Translations under genes and position numbers: made by a program
DNA from: Antedon mediterranea
Taxonomy: Eukaryota > Animalia > Echinodermata
DNA: 64,000 nucleotides
Direction of reading: 5' to 3'
NCBI RefSeq assembly: GCF_964355755.1
Contig: NC_092673.1
Coordinates: 24,983,648 to 25,047,647, forward strand
The notes under the pieces: generated by a model
Databases searched by the model: none
What the model was told of the DNA's origin: nothing
The model's input: only the letters and a program-made list of their open reading frames with translations
In this document: positions 12,400 to 25,979 of the stretch, piece after piece
Layout of the letters: the number at the start of each line of letters is the position of its first letter
Position numbering within the stretch: position 1 is the stretch's first letter

Positions 12400-14482
12400 A
12401 TGAATACAAAGTTACAGTCAAATAAAGCATTAAATCCGAACTACACAGGAATACCACGCAGATATGAAGACACTAAACCAGTGCAGACACAAGCTTTTAC
12501 CCACAGTAGTATACTAGGTGAGTGAGTGCTTTTGTTTTGGGCATGATCCTAGCTAGCTAGCCCTCTCTAGCTAGCTAGGGCCAGGCCTGTCTAAGTATCT
12601 AGGTAGGCCTAGGCCTAGTAGTTAGCCCGGCCCTACAGTCTACTGTACTAGCCTAGCTACAGTAGCTCTAGCTAGACTATCTAGGTAGGCCATTCTAGCC
12701 TAGGGCCTACTACAGTACACTATATAGCTAGCTAGACCTTTCTAGTATCTATAGCTATCTAGGCCTACTAGAGGGGCCTACTGTCTAGGCTAGGCTAGAA
12801 TAGATAATTAGGCTTAGGGTACCTGTATGTAGTGTAGGAAAGAACAATAGACAGATATTAATATTCTTTTACTGTATATTAACATATTATAGACCTACCT
12901 AGGCTATTATAAATAATAATATAAATTTTTTTTTTCAGATATTGGCCAATCAATTCATACAAGATGGGAACGAGATGCATTTTCTGAAAGAGAAGCTGCC
13001 ATCAGAGCGACAGAAGACTCTGTATGGGCCGAGGGAGAGAGGTTAAAAAATGCAGAAATACACAAAGTTCAACTAAGATGTGGTCAAGAAAAAGAACAAG
13101 CATTAAAAGATTTACAATCTCAACATGAATGGGATTTTAAGGTACAGAACAGTAGCCTAATAGTATGTTCAGGTGGATAACACTTTTTAATGCCAAATAT
13201 GGAACACATTGAATCTAAATGAATAAATGTGAAAAAAAGTTTTTCAATCAAATACAGTTTTTTTTTACAATTTTTATTAAAAAAACCTGTTCACATAGGC
13301 CTATACTAAATAAAACTTATGGGACCTGGACAATAGTAGTCATTTAAAGATAGCACTGGGAAAATCAGAAGATGGGAAATTATTAAGAAGATTGAGAAAT
13401 AAGTAGAAAGACAGAAATAAAAACAACACAATTGATGTATTATTAATTATATTGATGTGTACAAAATGTTCATTAGGTTATTCTTAATCAAATTCTTTTC
13501 AGGAAGAAGCATTGCGAATAGAAGGAGAGATGCAGAAAATGACAATAGAGCAAGTAAGAGCAGAACGAGAATCTGGAGAGGAACAATTGCGCAAGACAGT
13601 TGAAAAGTTAAAGACAGAATGTGAAGAGGAGAAAATAAAAGCTGTGCAGTGTGCAAGAGAGGAAGAAAAGAATTTGGCTGCTAAAGAGGCAGCAAGGGTT
13701 GCCATGTAAGAGATAGTATTGTCTACTGTATTCCACAACATGTACTGTACAAGCAGTGGCGTAACAGCTAGAGTATGGTGAGAGCTCACTGACTAAACCC
13801 AGCTTATGGCTTCCTGAACAATGCCCAGAGTAAAAACAGGCATTAAAATATGTTGAGGCCTCCTGCATTGGAGGGCCACTAATAGACACTGGTGGGTTTC
13901 CTGGTGCGATATTTATGTCCATCACATTGCATAACAATGTTTACAAAACAATTTGGTGTGCAATAGTACTTTTAATTATTGAAATATGAAATCAATGCAC
14001 ACTAAATCATACACTTCTAGGTGTGTTAATAGAGTAAATAAATAATAACAACTATAAAATTTACTCCTGACACTTTTTATATTCAAAATTTTTTTTCAAA
14101 TTTTAGAGTGGTTGCCAAGAACACAGAAAAGGCTGCAAAGGAAGCTGCAAACGACAACGAAAATGCACTGAAGGACCTCGACAAGAAACTAACAGATGAA
14201 AAAACAAAAGCCGTTTCTGAGACACAGAAAATAGAGAGGCAAACAGCTGCAACAGAAATGCAAAAATTGAAACAGTTACACGCCAAAGAAATCGCAAAAT
14301 TGGAAGAGAAACTTAGCAAGGAAGAAAAAGCGCACAAATCAACAGACAATGAACTGGAACAAATGACCAAAGAAAAAGACTCATGGGTGAAAAAGTACAC
14401 TGGCTTAAAGGATTCTTATCAGCTTTTTATAGATGAAACAAAAGGATTTTGCCCAGGGCAGGCAGATTTCTTGCTTGAGTAA
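12400..14482 (+). CDS. C6orf163: C6orf163-like coiled-coil protein; exons 12400-12517, 12939-13141, 13503-13705, 14107-14482
   Basis: GT-AG introns with consistent phases join to MNTKLQ...KPVQTQAFTHSSILDIGQ...EDSVWAEGER...ECEEEKIKAVQCAREEE...GQADFLLE*. The TH..ILDIG, VWA and EC..EK..AV..AR.EE motifs match C6orf163 as I recall it. Confidence 0.8.
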
Positions 14483-15136
14483 TCGGTGTGCTTTCTTTTT
14501 TAAGTATTTGTTTATATGCCAAAGTATCTTTCAGCATTTGTCTTTTCATAGAACACACAATTTTTTTTTCTAATAAAAATGTGCTTATCATAATCTGCGT
14601 AGTCTACAGGTATGTATTTCCAGTGGGTAGATAGAGGGTAGACAATTTTGTCCCCACAGTGCAGTTCGTCCTTTGTTTATCTTTCAAAAACAAAAGTTCA
14701 CAATTTATGTAGCAAATGCACAAAGATTTCTTTACATTTTGTAGTATGATGTGCCATAATTTAACATGAATATGAAGATATTCAGTCTTTCGTGTGCTTA
14801 TTTTGCTTTTGTGCACATTGCTCAGTATTACTCAAGTTATTAACTGTCAGAATGATCAGCTTTTTTCGCTTGTACAGATTTTTATCGTTGCTTGTGCTAT
14901 TGACAAAACTAATTTATTTTTCCGGGTCAACCTTCATTTTTGTAACGAATTTATAAAAGAATGTTGAAATTAAATATATAAATAAATAAGTGTTTCTTAT
15001 GTTTTCTATACGTTTTTAATCAACTGAATATTCATTAAGGATTATTATTAGCATTACTAGAGCTAGTAAAACAGAATTATTTAAAGGCATATTGACCTCT
15101 AGAAACTCGCAGAAGTAAAATGTATGCTCAAGGAGT

Positions 15137-15378
15137 TAGTGGCATAACGGCTATGAGCGCTCACTGGCTAAACCCATTGTATTTTTATGAGACAAAATAA
15201 ATTAAATGAAATGAAACCCAGAGCTTAAGGGACCTCTGATCAGAGCTCAGGGGAAACAACAGGCTTGAAACTGAGCTCAGAGTAAACAACAGGCTTAAAA
15301 ATATCCCAGAACTCCAGCGTTGCAGGGCCACTAAGGGGTTTTTAAACCAGGGCCTAATGTCTCTGTGCTACACCACTG
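15137..15378. mobile_element. Short non-autonomous TIR element (hAT-like CAGTGGCGTA-type ends); related copy at ~13753-13900
   Basis: AGTGGCATAAC...GCTACACCACTG ends; shares GCTCACTG(A/G)CTAAACCCA and CAGAGTAAA..CAGGC blocks with 13753-13850. Confidence 0.45.
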
Positions 15379-16339
15379 CAAGAAACCCTGGGGTAAAAAT
15401 AATGAAATAATTTCAATAATTAACTTTTTTATTTCCATGACGGAAATTATTTTATTGCTATAAATAGAAATAAACAATTCATTAACATATTTGATAATTT
15501 GGTTTAATCTGTACATTTTTTTAAATTTTAAGCTGTAGAGCAGCATACAACTATTGTTTCAATGACAAAATTATAATTAGATAAAAATATATAAATACAT
15601 AATTAAATTAGAGAAAATGTGCAGTAAAAATATAAAGCCAATAACTTTTGCCGCCAGCAACTTTAGAGCTTTTAACGCTTATTCGATATTTACACACATT
15701 ACGTTTACAGTTATATTAACAATACTTATAAATAGTGTGTGACAAAATATGGTAGCAGAATTTTCATATCAAATATTGAAATTAAAAACTACAAATTTAA
15801 CTACGGTAGGAATCTTTTTTATATTAGCTACTTTGAGTGCACAGCATTTATATGATCCAGTCAGAAACATGGATTACACTGCACTAATGTATGCTCCTGC
15901 AACGGCCAATGCTAATTACCAACAAGACATTTGTATTAGAGAAGCTTTTTATTTGCGAGAACAATCAATCAGATTTCTGATAAATATATTTAATATTTTA
16001 ATGCCTCGTTATTCAATTATTATTGGGTTGTGTGTTCATTCTCGTTGGCCCCTTATTTTCAGTACAGTACATTACAAAAGCGGCAATACATGATATGTTT
16101 TTAGATACTGTAGTTATACCAACCTTGATTGCAAATTTTCCTCCCTTTCATAAAATCAAAATGGTACTGTGGGTATGATCAACTAGTCATCCATTTATTG
16201 AAAGTACTGTACTGATGCCAATCTGCGGTGACTGTTGATTGGACCCGGACACCAGACTTACTTTGACTTTTAGTTGACACAAGATTGGTTAGGAAAAATT
16301 ATGTCACCTTTAATTTCAAATATGGGCAGGGTATAAACG

Positions 16340-19300
16340 TTAAACAATTTGATTACTACATAGAGTATATCTATCAATATCACTTAACGATTTATTATGT
16401 TGAACTTTCTTTGCCCCACCGGGTGCCTTGATGTCCCTACTACTAAATGTCAGATCACTTCCTGTTAAAGAAATTGAACTATCTGAAGGGACTAGGCCTG
16501 GTGACTGGGGGTCAGGATATAGGTTTGGGGCACTTTGAGATGCTTCCCTGTTCAGGGTTGAGTGCGCTTTGTTTGTTTGTGGTTCATCTAGTTTGTAATC
16601 TTTAACATACTGACAGCCTTTTCCGAGTAAAACGATGCTGATTAAAATCTTCAGTAATGTAATGCTGTAAATGAAAATGCTGCTTTTCAGTATAAAAATA
16701 TGGTGAACGTCTTTATTATAGTAGGTTTATAATTGTTGTATATTTATATAAATTCATTTTTCTTATACTACAGTAATATTTCTTTTTAAATGTCATCGGT
16801 TTGTTACATTGTCTATTTATATTTTTCTATAAATCTATCATCTCATTAATGTTTCACAGTTCTATATTATTCCTATAAATTGTCGGTTTCATTTGTATTT
16901 ATATTTACATCTATCAAGCACCGATTCTGTTTAATTTTCATTGGCTTGTTACATGCATTTTTCTATTTAGTTTAAGTTGTCGTATATTATGGCTTTTCCT
17001 GTTAATAAATGGGAAGGATAAGATTAAGTGTTTCAAGCGTTTCAATTTAAAAATTGCTTTATTCGAACCTAGCAGCAAATTTACTAGACAATTGCTGGAT
17101 AAAAACTAAACCTCATTTTAGATTTAAGGCCAATATACACAGAAGAGCGGTAATGGTAAGCGGAAAAACCAAATAGCTTGTTCCATGTAGAATCTGTATC
17201 TATCCTGAGCGGGAACTGCCGTCCGCTCCGTATTTTGTGTAAATAGTCATAAAGAATAACATAGATTCTATATTTTGTATTACCGTTACTGCTCGTCTGT
17301 GCAAATTGGCCTTAGTGAGTAGATTTGTTTTACAGTTACAAGATCGAACACTGGACCTTGGGATTGAAATATAAGCATGCATACAACCAAGCTACAACTC
17401 CACTAAAGTAAAGTATTTAGTTTTCTGTTAGTTAGTTCAAAAAACTATAATCTTAAATGTTAGTGGAGGTTATTAATAATAATATTATCTTTGTTATCTG
17501 TGAACTGAATAAAAACAACAATTTACCTTATGTAGGAAAGAATGATGATGATAACTGATATGAATCCGCTCATTTTAAATGACTGGGTGAAGATACGTAT
17601 TCCCTAAAATTGTAAATAAAATTTTTTTAATTTAGGTGTATATTTCACTCAACTAATCTATATACAGAATGTAATACACACAAACAAGCAATGAAATACA
17701 TGACACTATGTGTTTCATACAAATAAACATTAAAAAAAAAAATTAAATATAATCAAGATTTGTAATGTCATCATACGAATTAATCAACACAACAACAAAG
17801 TGAAGAATCATCATCAAAAAAAAAGTTTTTTCGATGCGACCAAACAATTTTAAGGGGTAAACTCAAACTGATTGTGAATGCATTTGTAATATAGTTCATT
17901 ACATATACATAAAAAACATAAATTCTAGGAACTTACCAATGCTGCAATAGGCAATGGAATGAACCCCCATTCGTCTGAATTTTACCGATACCGATTGTGA
18001 ATGCATTTGTAACATAGTTCATAACATATACATAAAAAACATAAATTCTAGGAACTTACCAATGCTGCAATTGGCAATGGAATGAACCCCATTCGTCTGG
18101 ACACCAAGTCTGTGTGATCTGAATAAGCCTAAATAAAAAACCGGGGGAAATTGATCATTGATAAGGGGTATTTCTATCTGGGAACAACATCTTTAATGCA
18201 TTATTAATTACACTAGTACAGTGTACTAAAACAAATAATATAAAATATTTAAAATACATGATAAAAAGAATACTCACTGTCTTTTTTCTACTTGATACCA
18301 AATCATTTGCTAAACTTGCACGATATTCTAGATAAACCTGTAAGAAAAACAAGAACAAATTAATACTTTTTTTTATTTATATAGTTATCATATTGCAAAG
18401 CCAAAACTGTTGTAAAAAAACAATTACCTCGGCTGAAATACAGTTAAATTTGGTAATGAATGCATGTTTAACCCAGTCTACCAAAACCTCTGCCGCCAGC
18501 ACCAAGATTATGTCCGGTATTAGCTGTTTGAAATGTTCTGAAATTTCAAGAAAAACAAATTGTATGTGCTAGAAAACAGGCAGTAAGAGAGAGATTCTAC
18601 AATTCTAAAATGTAGGTCAGGCTCAAGTACATCATTTAAACTTACCTGGATTCCAGGAAAATTCTGTCATGTTTCTGAGAACGACAATTGACAATAACAC
18701 CAGGTAGTGGTAGCGCTCGCGTATGTCAGCACAAGACATCTGGTATAAATTACGCTTTTCAAATTTCTTGAATACGCTTCCTTTCAACTCAACAAACTGT
18801 ACCAAAATAAAAAGTTTATATAAATAATTTGAAAATCAAAAGTGATTTACACAAATGACTACACATCAACAGTGAGTTACACATGATTGTGTAAAAGAGT
18901 ACTAACATGAAATACATACAGAATATCAAGTTACACAAAAACCAATAGATGCATTGATTATGTTTAAATAACATGGAGTAGTATAAAACTGACTCCAAAT
19001 AATAATAAGAGGCAAGCCATGATTCAACGTTTCAATCTTTATTTGATCATCAGGAATGAACAATAATTCCAAAGGCAGACATTTATAACTACAGTCTATT
19101 CAATGAGATATAAACAATTAGCCATACAGGGTGTTACAAAGAAAATCAAAACAAAAGGCAGTAGATACACAAGTAAATATCAGATAAACAATTTTAGCTC
19201 TTTTGATTCTCTCAAACCACAATTCAATGGATGGCTGGTTGCTGTAAATGGCTTAGGCCTCTTTGAGTAATAAATAACACCAATTATTGGAGCTGTTATA

Positions 19301-22300
19301 TTATATTTACGTTTGGATAAATTAATACTTTAAATTTAACTGGCAAGTTCTCTTTAAGCAAAGTGTAAAATATAGTTAAAATGTTCACATTTAAATCCTC
19401 CATGTTGTGAATTAAAAAAAATGTAGAGTACCACTCTACCTTCAGTTCAACTAAAGAAATTTGGACAAGGTATAATCAGAATAGTGTAAAGTTTCTTTAT
19501 CATGCACATACATTGTGACCAATGACTTCATGTCCTATCTGAAGGACAAGGTAATTTGCATAAAATAGCTGGCACAGACTTACATTGTTGGACATCATGA
19601 TGGTGAGGAGAGCTTTTGTGTGTGAATTAAATGCCACATTCAATGTAGTAGCCTGGAATAAGACTAAGACAGCATGTAAAACTGAAAATTAAATTAAGGT
19701 ATTTAACTTTAAAGAGACAGATGGGATGAAGCAGTAATGAATGAGGCTCAGCACAGTCAAACCCTCTATGTCATTTTACTAATGCAATTAAGTCAACCGT
19801 GTCGATAGAAATTAATAAATTATAAGCATGGTTGTGGTATGTGGAGTTGTGGCTTGGTGGTTAGGATGATTGGCTACCAATCCAAGGGTCCTCTCATATC
19901 ATATGTCAGAATTTTTCTAATGACAAATTACAACTCCACTCTTAAAGTTTGTTTATGTTGAGCATGTACTGTATGTTTGTCTTATGAATGTATTCGATTA
20001 TGGTTATCCTTGGTAATTTGACTAAATATATAACACAAAAAATTGACATCCAAATGACATGGTCAACCTTTTAATGGTAAACCACGTTTTGCGTTTTTAA
20101 CAAGGAAACACTAACCAACAGTCGCTTGTTTTGTTGAAAATCAGAATTTTGAGCTAACCATATTGAAACTTTACATGGACACTTATTGCTTTCACTGTTA
20201 AAATACTGATAAGAATGCCCACATGCCTAAACCTCATTGATAGAAGTGTGGCTTTCAAAAATATATAAAACTTTCACCAAGAAAAGGATACAGACATAAA
20301 CAATAGCTAATCCCAAATGCGGAATGATGCCAAAATGTTCTCTCCTTTTCTTCTTTGGTTCGGTTGCCGTCCAAAATAAAGCATCCAGAATGTCTTGACC
20401 AAATGATGAAAACAAACGGTCAGCTACCTGCATTCAAACAAATAAATTGTTAATTAAAAATAAACCATAAACTTTTACAATAAAGTTTGACTGGACACAC
20501 TAAGTCAGATGCAAAATGGTGTTTTTTTTTAAAATTTTTCTTACTGAGAATTGAAAAAACTATTATTTCCATGCTTTATCTATAACTGCAAATGCAACCA
20601 ATAGTCTGGTTTGTGGTACACCATGTTTTTCTGAAAGGGAATAAAGTCAAGAATGTCTTGACCATAATTCTTTTACTTTAGGAAGCCCAAGAGGCCTGGT
20701 GTATCACAGTTAAACCTTAAAGACGTATTGTCCTCCAAAAACATAAAAAATGAAGATTAATTAAATCTTATTTAAAGACTTTAAATAGACCATTTTGCAG
20801 TTTTAAAGTTAATCAATTCTGTATAAAATAAATAATCAACAAAATTAATTATTTCACTTATAAAAAGACAAAAAAACAAACAAAAAAAAACATTTTTTTT
20901 TTCAGTTGTTGAGGGGGACAATATATCTTTAAAGGAAAGGAACAACCTAATATCTTACCTAACTATTATAAAAGTAACCCTACCAACTTAATATTCAGCA
21001 CAATTTATGTTTAAATCGGATTTGTAGTTTTCTAGTAAACAGGATTTTAAAGCTGTTTTCAAGACATTTGATGGCAGCCTGTTTGTGACGTCAGATACGG
21101 CCGACGAAAATTTTAAGATTCGCGGTTGCATTTGGCACTTCTATTGGCTAAGCGAATCCGCTAATATGATTGGCTAATAACGCGACATGCGGTCATGCAG
21201 GACGGCGATGACACGGTATGAGCATGCGCTGGCTTGGTAAACAAACCTTCGATCGATCTTTTCTTCTGCAAGCCAATTCGTAAATCTTTCAGCTATTGTT
21301 AATCTATTGTTACTTTTATTGCCTAGCTGTTTCAAACGGGATTTGGTAGGGGAATTAACTGGCAAACCTTCCAAACGAAGGCTGTTGGTTGACGATGCAG
21401 TGTCTACTTTATTTTCGTTTAACACAAGTTCTAGGCCTAGTAAGGCATACAGTACAGATACACTGGCCGAAAGTACACCATTCTTCGACGGCTTGTTATG
21501 CTCGTGAATGTTCTTCTTCTCTTCTTTTTTCCTCATCAGCACGACGCAAAACTAACTCTCTTTCTGTATATTCTGGTTCCAGATTTTCTGAATTATAAAA
21601 ACTCCAAGCCATATTCCGAAAATATTAGGTATGTTAGGCTATTTAATTGATTTTATTTATGGTTATATCCCGCACTTCCATATTGAAATACTGTACTAAG
21701 ACGATGGACGCTTGGATTTGCTTGAATGCGTCCACCTAATCTGACGTCACATAATTGCTCTTAACCTGTCAAAATGGCGCTGTTCAATTTCCGATATGTT
21801 GTCGTTTAAAAGTCTATTTTTTAACTAAATTGCTTACTATTGTACCTTGAACCATTGTAATCATGTTTTTATTACATTTATCTATAAGCACAGTGGCACA
21901 TTTAGCCCAGGGTGTTCCTTTCCTTTAAAAGAAGAAATCATTAATACCTCCAACATATTGTAGATGATATACAGTTTAATCATAGCCTGGCCTCTGACAA
22001 TATGATATAACATCGAGATGTCTACAGAGTTAAGAATCCAGCTGCAGGCAATCAGTATAAAGCCTTTTAACAGGTCACACATTTGAGCTGGTTCAAGCCA
22101 CCGGCCACCTCTACCAATTAAATATAAAATAAATGGTTATTCTTTTATTATATTGGGTGACCTCTCCAAACTTTGAATAAAGTTTTAATTTTTTCTTTAC
22201 TACAGTGCCATTTTGGACGGGAGACTTCCAGAATTTTAGACCTGTCTCCCTGACTAATATTGTGCTCCAGGTTTTCAATATTTTCTCCTGGATTACAAAG

Positions 22301-23582
22301 ATAACTGAATTTTGATGTATGCGTGAAGTTTTCTGCATTAAATTTTAACAAAAAGGCTTACACACAAGAAAATTTATAATAGCCATTGTACGACCATCTG
22401 CAGTCATAACTTTTCTAATTTTTTTTCTTTTTTTCCTCTGACATAGCGACCACACGATACCGCCTGTGACGTCACACACTGCATTCCTTACTTCTTGATA
22501 ACATATATAATTACCAAAACCCTGAGAGATCTAAATAAAATGTTCATATCTCCAAACAAAAAGTATATAGAAAGAATTCATGATGAAGAGGCAAGCACAC
22601 ACTCCACAACCTACCGTTGCATTTGACAGGGTCCAATAAATATCTTGAGGAGCGCCATGAACACTCGCATTGGTAGGAATGTAAATAAAAATAGAAAGGC
22701 ATCCATGCAGAGGAAAAATCCATACCACATCATCTGTTAAAGAAATGAATACTGTACAATAAAAAACATAAAGCTACACTATCAAACTAGTTTGACAAAA
22801 AAGTCCGATGTGTCCAAATATGGTAGTGATATGCCCAAATATTATAGTGATATGACATCCTCCTGTCCATATATTAAAGCAGAAAATAAGAATACAATAA
22901 AGTCAAAAGCCACACACCTATGGAAAAAGGGAAATAATAAAAGCATAGAGATATTAAATATATCCATAGTTTAATAATACTGTATAGTATAACGCAATTA
23001 ATAATTAATACCTTTTCAACTTCTTTTTGAATTTTAAAAAATGTGTAAACACGCTCTCGCTTCTGTTCATACTTTGCCTCATCATGTTGTAGAAAATAAC
23101 CTCTTGTTAATTCTGCATTTAGATACTTGAATAAAGAAAGATCTGAAAAATAAACATTATATTAAGTCTATCTTTTTGATGAAATACAGAGGGAGGTGTT
23201 TACTCGAGGGGGGAGTTTATATTTTAAAAAGCTGGGTGTTTATTGATTCGATTAAATACGGTATTTCAATTCATGAAGGCTATATTATTGTATAATTAAT
23301 AATATTAATAAATAAAAACGTTTAAAACCGCGTACTGTTATCTGAATTGTTCGTAAAGCTTTCTCTTCTTGTATTAGACACATTTTTAGCCACCCCCTCA
23401 GCTTTCGAAGTTTCAGGAGGAGATGGTGGTACAACGTCAACACCGACAGCTTCGCCATCTGTGTCACCTTCCTCCTTCGTCGGCCTACCACCGCTACACC
23501 GAGGCCTAGCCTCAATGGATTCCTCTCCATCTTTTTGTGTGATAAAATCACCTTTTCCCAAAGTGCTAGTATCAGACTGCAT
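16340..23582 (-). CDS. TAPT1: Transmembrane anterior posterior transformation protein 1; ~12 exons (~23330-23582, 23011-23142, 22616-22735, 21947-22109, 20292-20428, 19582-19681, 18646-18797, 18428-18537, 18278-18337, 18059-18128, 17528-17603, 16340-16665)
   Basis: Exon translations include YLNAELTRGYFLQHDEAKY, MLYHIVRGQAMIKLYIIYNMLEVADRLFSSFGQDILDALFWTATEPK, QATTLNVAFNSH, FVELKGSVFKKFEKRNLYQMSCADIRER, RRMGFIPLPIA and C-terminal DIDRYTLCSNQIV*. Confidence 0.95.
19682..20291 (-). other. U12-type (minor spliceosome) GT-AG intron in TAPT1
   Basis: 5' site GTATCCTTTT; branch-like ACCTTAAT ~10 nt before the CAG acceptor; splicing restores AIVYV-F-LHAVLV. Confidence 0.85.
20721..20928. mobile_element. 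Kolobok-like MITE, TTAA target
   Basis: TTAA|AGACGTATTGTCCTCC ... GGGGGACAATATATCT|TTAA. Confidence 0.7.
20933..21924 (-). mobile_element. Kolobok-like non-autonomous DNA transposon (~1 kb) with decayed Cys-rich accessory-gene remnant
   Basis: TTAA|AGGAAAGGAACAACC ... GGTGTTCCTTTCCT|TTAA; shares its left TTAA with the adjacent MITE. Broken minus-strand reading LEPEYTE...EEWCTFGQC...HCIVNQQPSF...SNNRLTIAERFTNWL...CLPS. Confidence 0.75.
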
Positions 23583-25348
23583 TATAAAAACCTGCAGTTA
23601 TCAAAATATACGTGGAATTAATAGTTGAGCATTATACAGACATAAAAAAGACATAAAAATGCCAACGCATATGCCGCAAAATGGTCATGGTAAACATGCG
23701 TACACCCGATTGACTCTAAAAAAAAAGAGAGCGCCACCTACAATTTTACAAATTCGCCTCTTACATATTGCTGTGAAATTAATTATTGTCATCTTACAAA
23801 ACTTGTTTCATTCAGTGTGTTCCACATTAATAAAACACATAAAAAAGACATCATTACAACATAAAGTGAGATGGAGGCTGGCGGTCTTAACAACTACAAA
23901 GTGGCAAACAATACATATGATGATAGTATATAAAATCTTTATTTGGAAATTTGATAAAGTTTAAAAATGTACACAAGGTATGTTTTCGTGTCCCTCAAAA
24001 AAAACCGACAAAATATTACAGTACTCAAAAATTAAACTATTGGTTTTACCTCATGACAATTATATGAAATACCTATAGCATACAAATCCAAAATATGTAA
24101 CTTCTCCCTACGCTTGGAAGTTTGTCGATACAAATAAAATGTATCGTCCATTCTGTCAATGGCAAGCCCAAAATTAGGAACCCAATACTGTAATATCATT
24201 TTATGATGCGCTAGGCATTGTATTGCATAATTGCAGACTCCCTTTCTGTTGGTATTTTCCAAGTCAAAATCACATATTATTTAAGTAATATTTTTAAACA
24301 CTTCTTTTCCAAATCATTTTTACATGGTTATTATGCTGCCAATTTTCTCAAATCAAACAACGCTATAATAGTTCTAGCTTTCAATAATACAATTTATAAA
24401 AATAAGAATTACCTACAAATTATAATATTAGATATTATTGGAATAGTTGACCTTTCATTTTTAATAAAATTATGTAATATTCTATTTCTAGTAGAAGTAT
24501 TATAAGAAAATTATCAAATGGTATACAACTATATTTTATGAATAGAAATTAAAAATGTATTTATAGTCAACTTAAAAATCATATAAAATAATCCATAATC
24601 ATAAATCATTTTGGAGCTATTGTATACTATAGTAATTAACAATATAATTATTAATACTATTTCTGTAAAATATATGCAATATAATCATAATAGCTAAGAA
24701 TATACAGTAACCTTCTTTATTTACTGTAATGATAGTTATAACATTATTATAGGTATACATGTAATAATAACCAATGTTATACAGAAAGTACATTAAGCAG
24801 GTAGCCTTTTACATAACTCTGTACATTAAAAACAAAATGTGAGAAAAAACTATATCCTATAATAGTGTCATTAATTACAACACAGATTTGAAAAATATAT
24901 TTATTACAAATACAGTATTTACAATTCACAATACACACAACATGAATCAGAACATTCAGCAACATTCTATTGCATCCTCATCTAAAAATATAAATAAAAA
25001 AAAAATTGTTTAAAAATAATCATTTTTATGAAAAAAGAATCAACAATTTTTAACATTAGACCACACGCCCACCCTTTCCCCATCCCCACAACATTGCTTC
25101 AAACCAAAAAAAAAACAATACAATATCTGCTGTGATTATTTCTATTAACAAGGCTAAGAATCATGACTCAAACTTACAAGGCTTAAGAGTTAACTCGGTT
25201 GTGCTCCGGGTAACTGAACTCAAACATACTGAAAGTGTTCAAAGTAACTGAACTCAAACATACAGTAAGTGCTCCAACTGAACTCAACATATACTAAGTG
25301 TTAAGTAACTTAACTAAAAAATTACCTCTTCAAGTAACTGAACTGAAA

Positions 25349-25979
25349 CATGAACACTTCTATGTACTGAACTCAGACATGAGCACTCTATGTACTGAAC
25401 TCAAACATGAGCACTCTATGTACTGAACTCAAACATGAGCACTCTATGTACTGAACTCAAACATGAGCACTCTATGTATTGAACTCAGACATGAGCACTC
25501 TATGTACTGAACTCAAACATGAGCACTCTATGTACTGAACTCAGACATGAGCACTCTATGTACTGAACTCAGATGAGCACTCTATGTACTGAACTCAGAC
25601 ATGAGCACTCTATGTACTGAACTCAGACATGAGCACTCTATGTACTGAACTCAGACATGAGCACTCTATGTACTGAACTCAGACATGAGCACTCTATGTA
25701 CTGAACTCAGACATTAGCACTCTATGTACTGAATTCAGATGAGCACTCTATGTACTGAACTCAGATAAGCACTCTATGTACTGAACTCAGACATGAGCAC
25801 TCTATGTACTGAATTCAGATGAGCACTCTATGTACTGAACTTAGATAAGCACTCTATGTACTGAACTCAAACATGAGCACTCTATGTACTGAACTCAGAC
25901 ATGAGCACTCTATGTACTAAACTCAGACATGAGCACTCTATGTACTGAACTCAAACATGAGTACGCTATGTATTGAACT
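25349..25979. repeat. Minisatellite, 28-bp unit CATGAGCACTCTATGTACTGAACTCAGA, ~22 copies, with degenerate copies from ~25200
   Basis: Direct reading; starts ~250 bp downstream of the TMEM127 stop. Confidence 0.95.

Noticed and set aside
15749-16093. 114-aa plus-strand ORF, and similar AT-rich ORFs at 23659-24505, 29329-29840 and 56157-56980
   Set aside because: No recognisable motif or splice context; they lie in UTR or intergenic AT-rich sequence or antisense to real genes.
19843-19895. tRNA-like sequence (similar pieces near 26620, 33487, 35020)
   Set aside because: Only A-box or B-box-like fragments and no full cloverleaf; probably decayed tRNA-derived SINE heads, too degraded to delimit.
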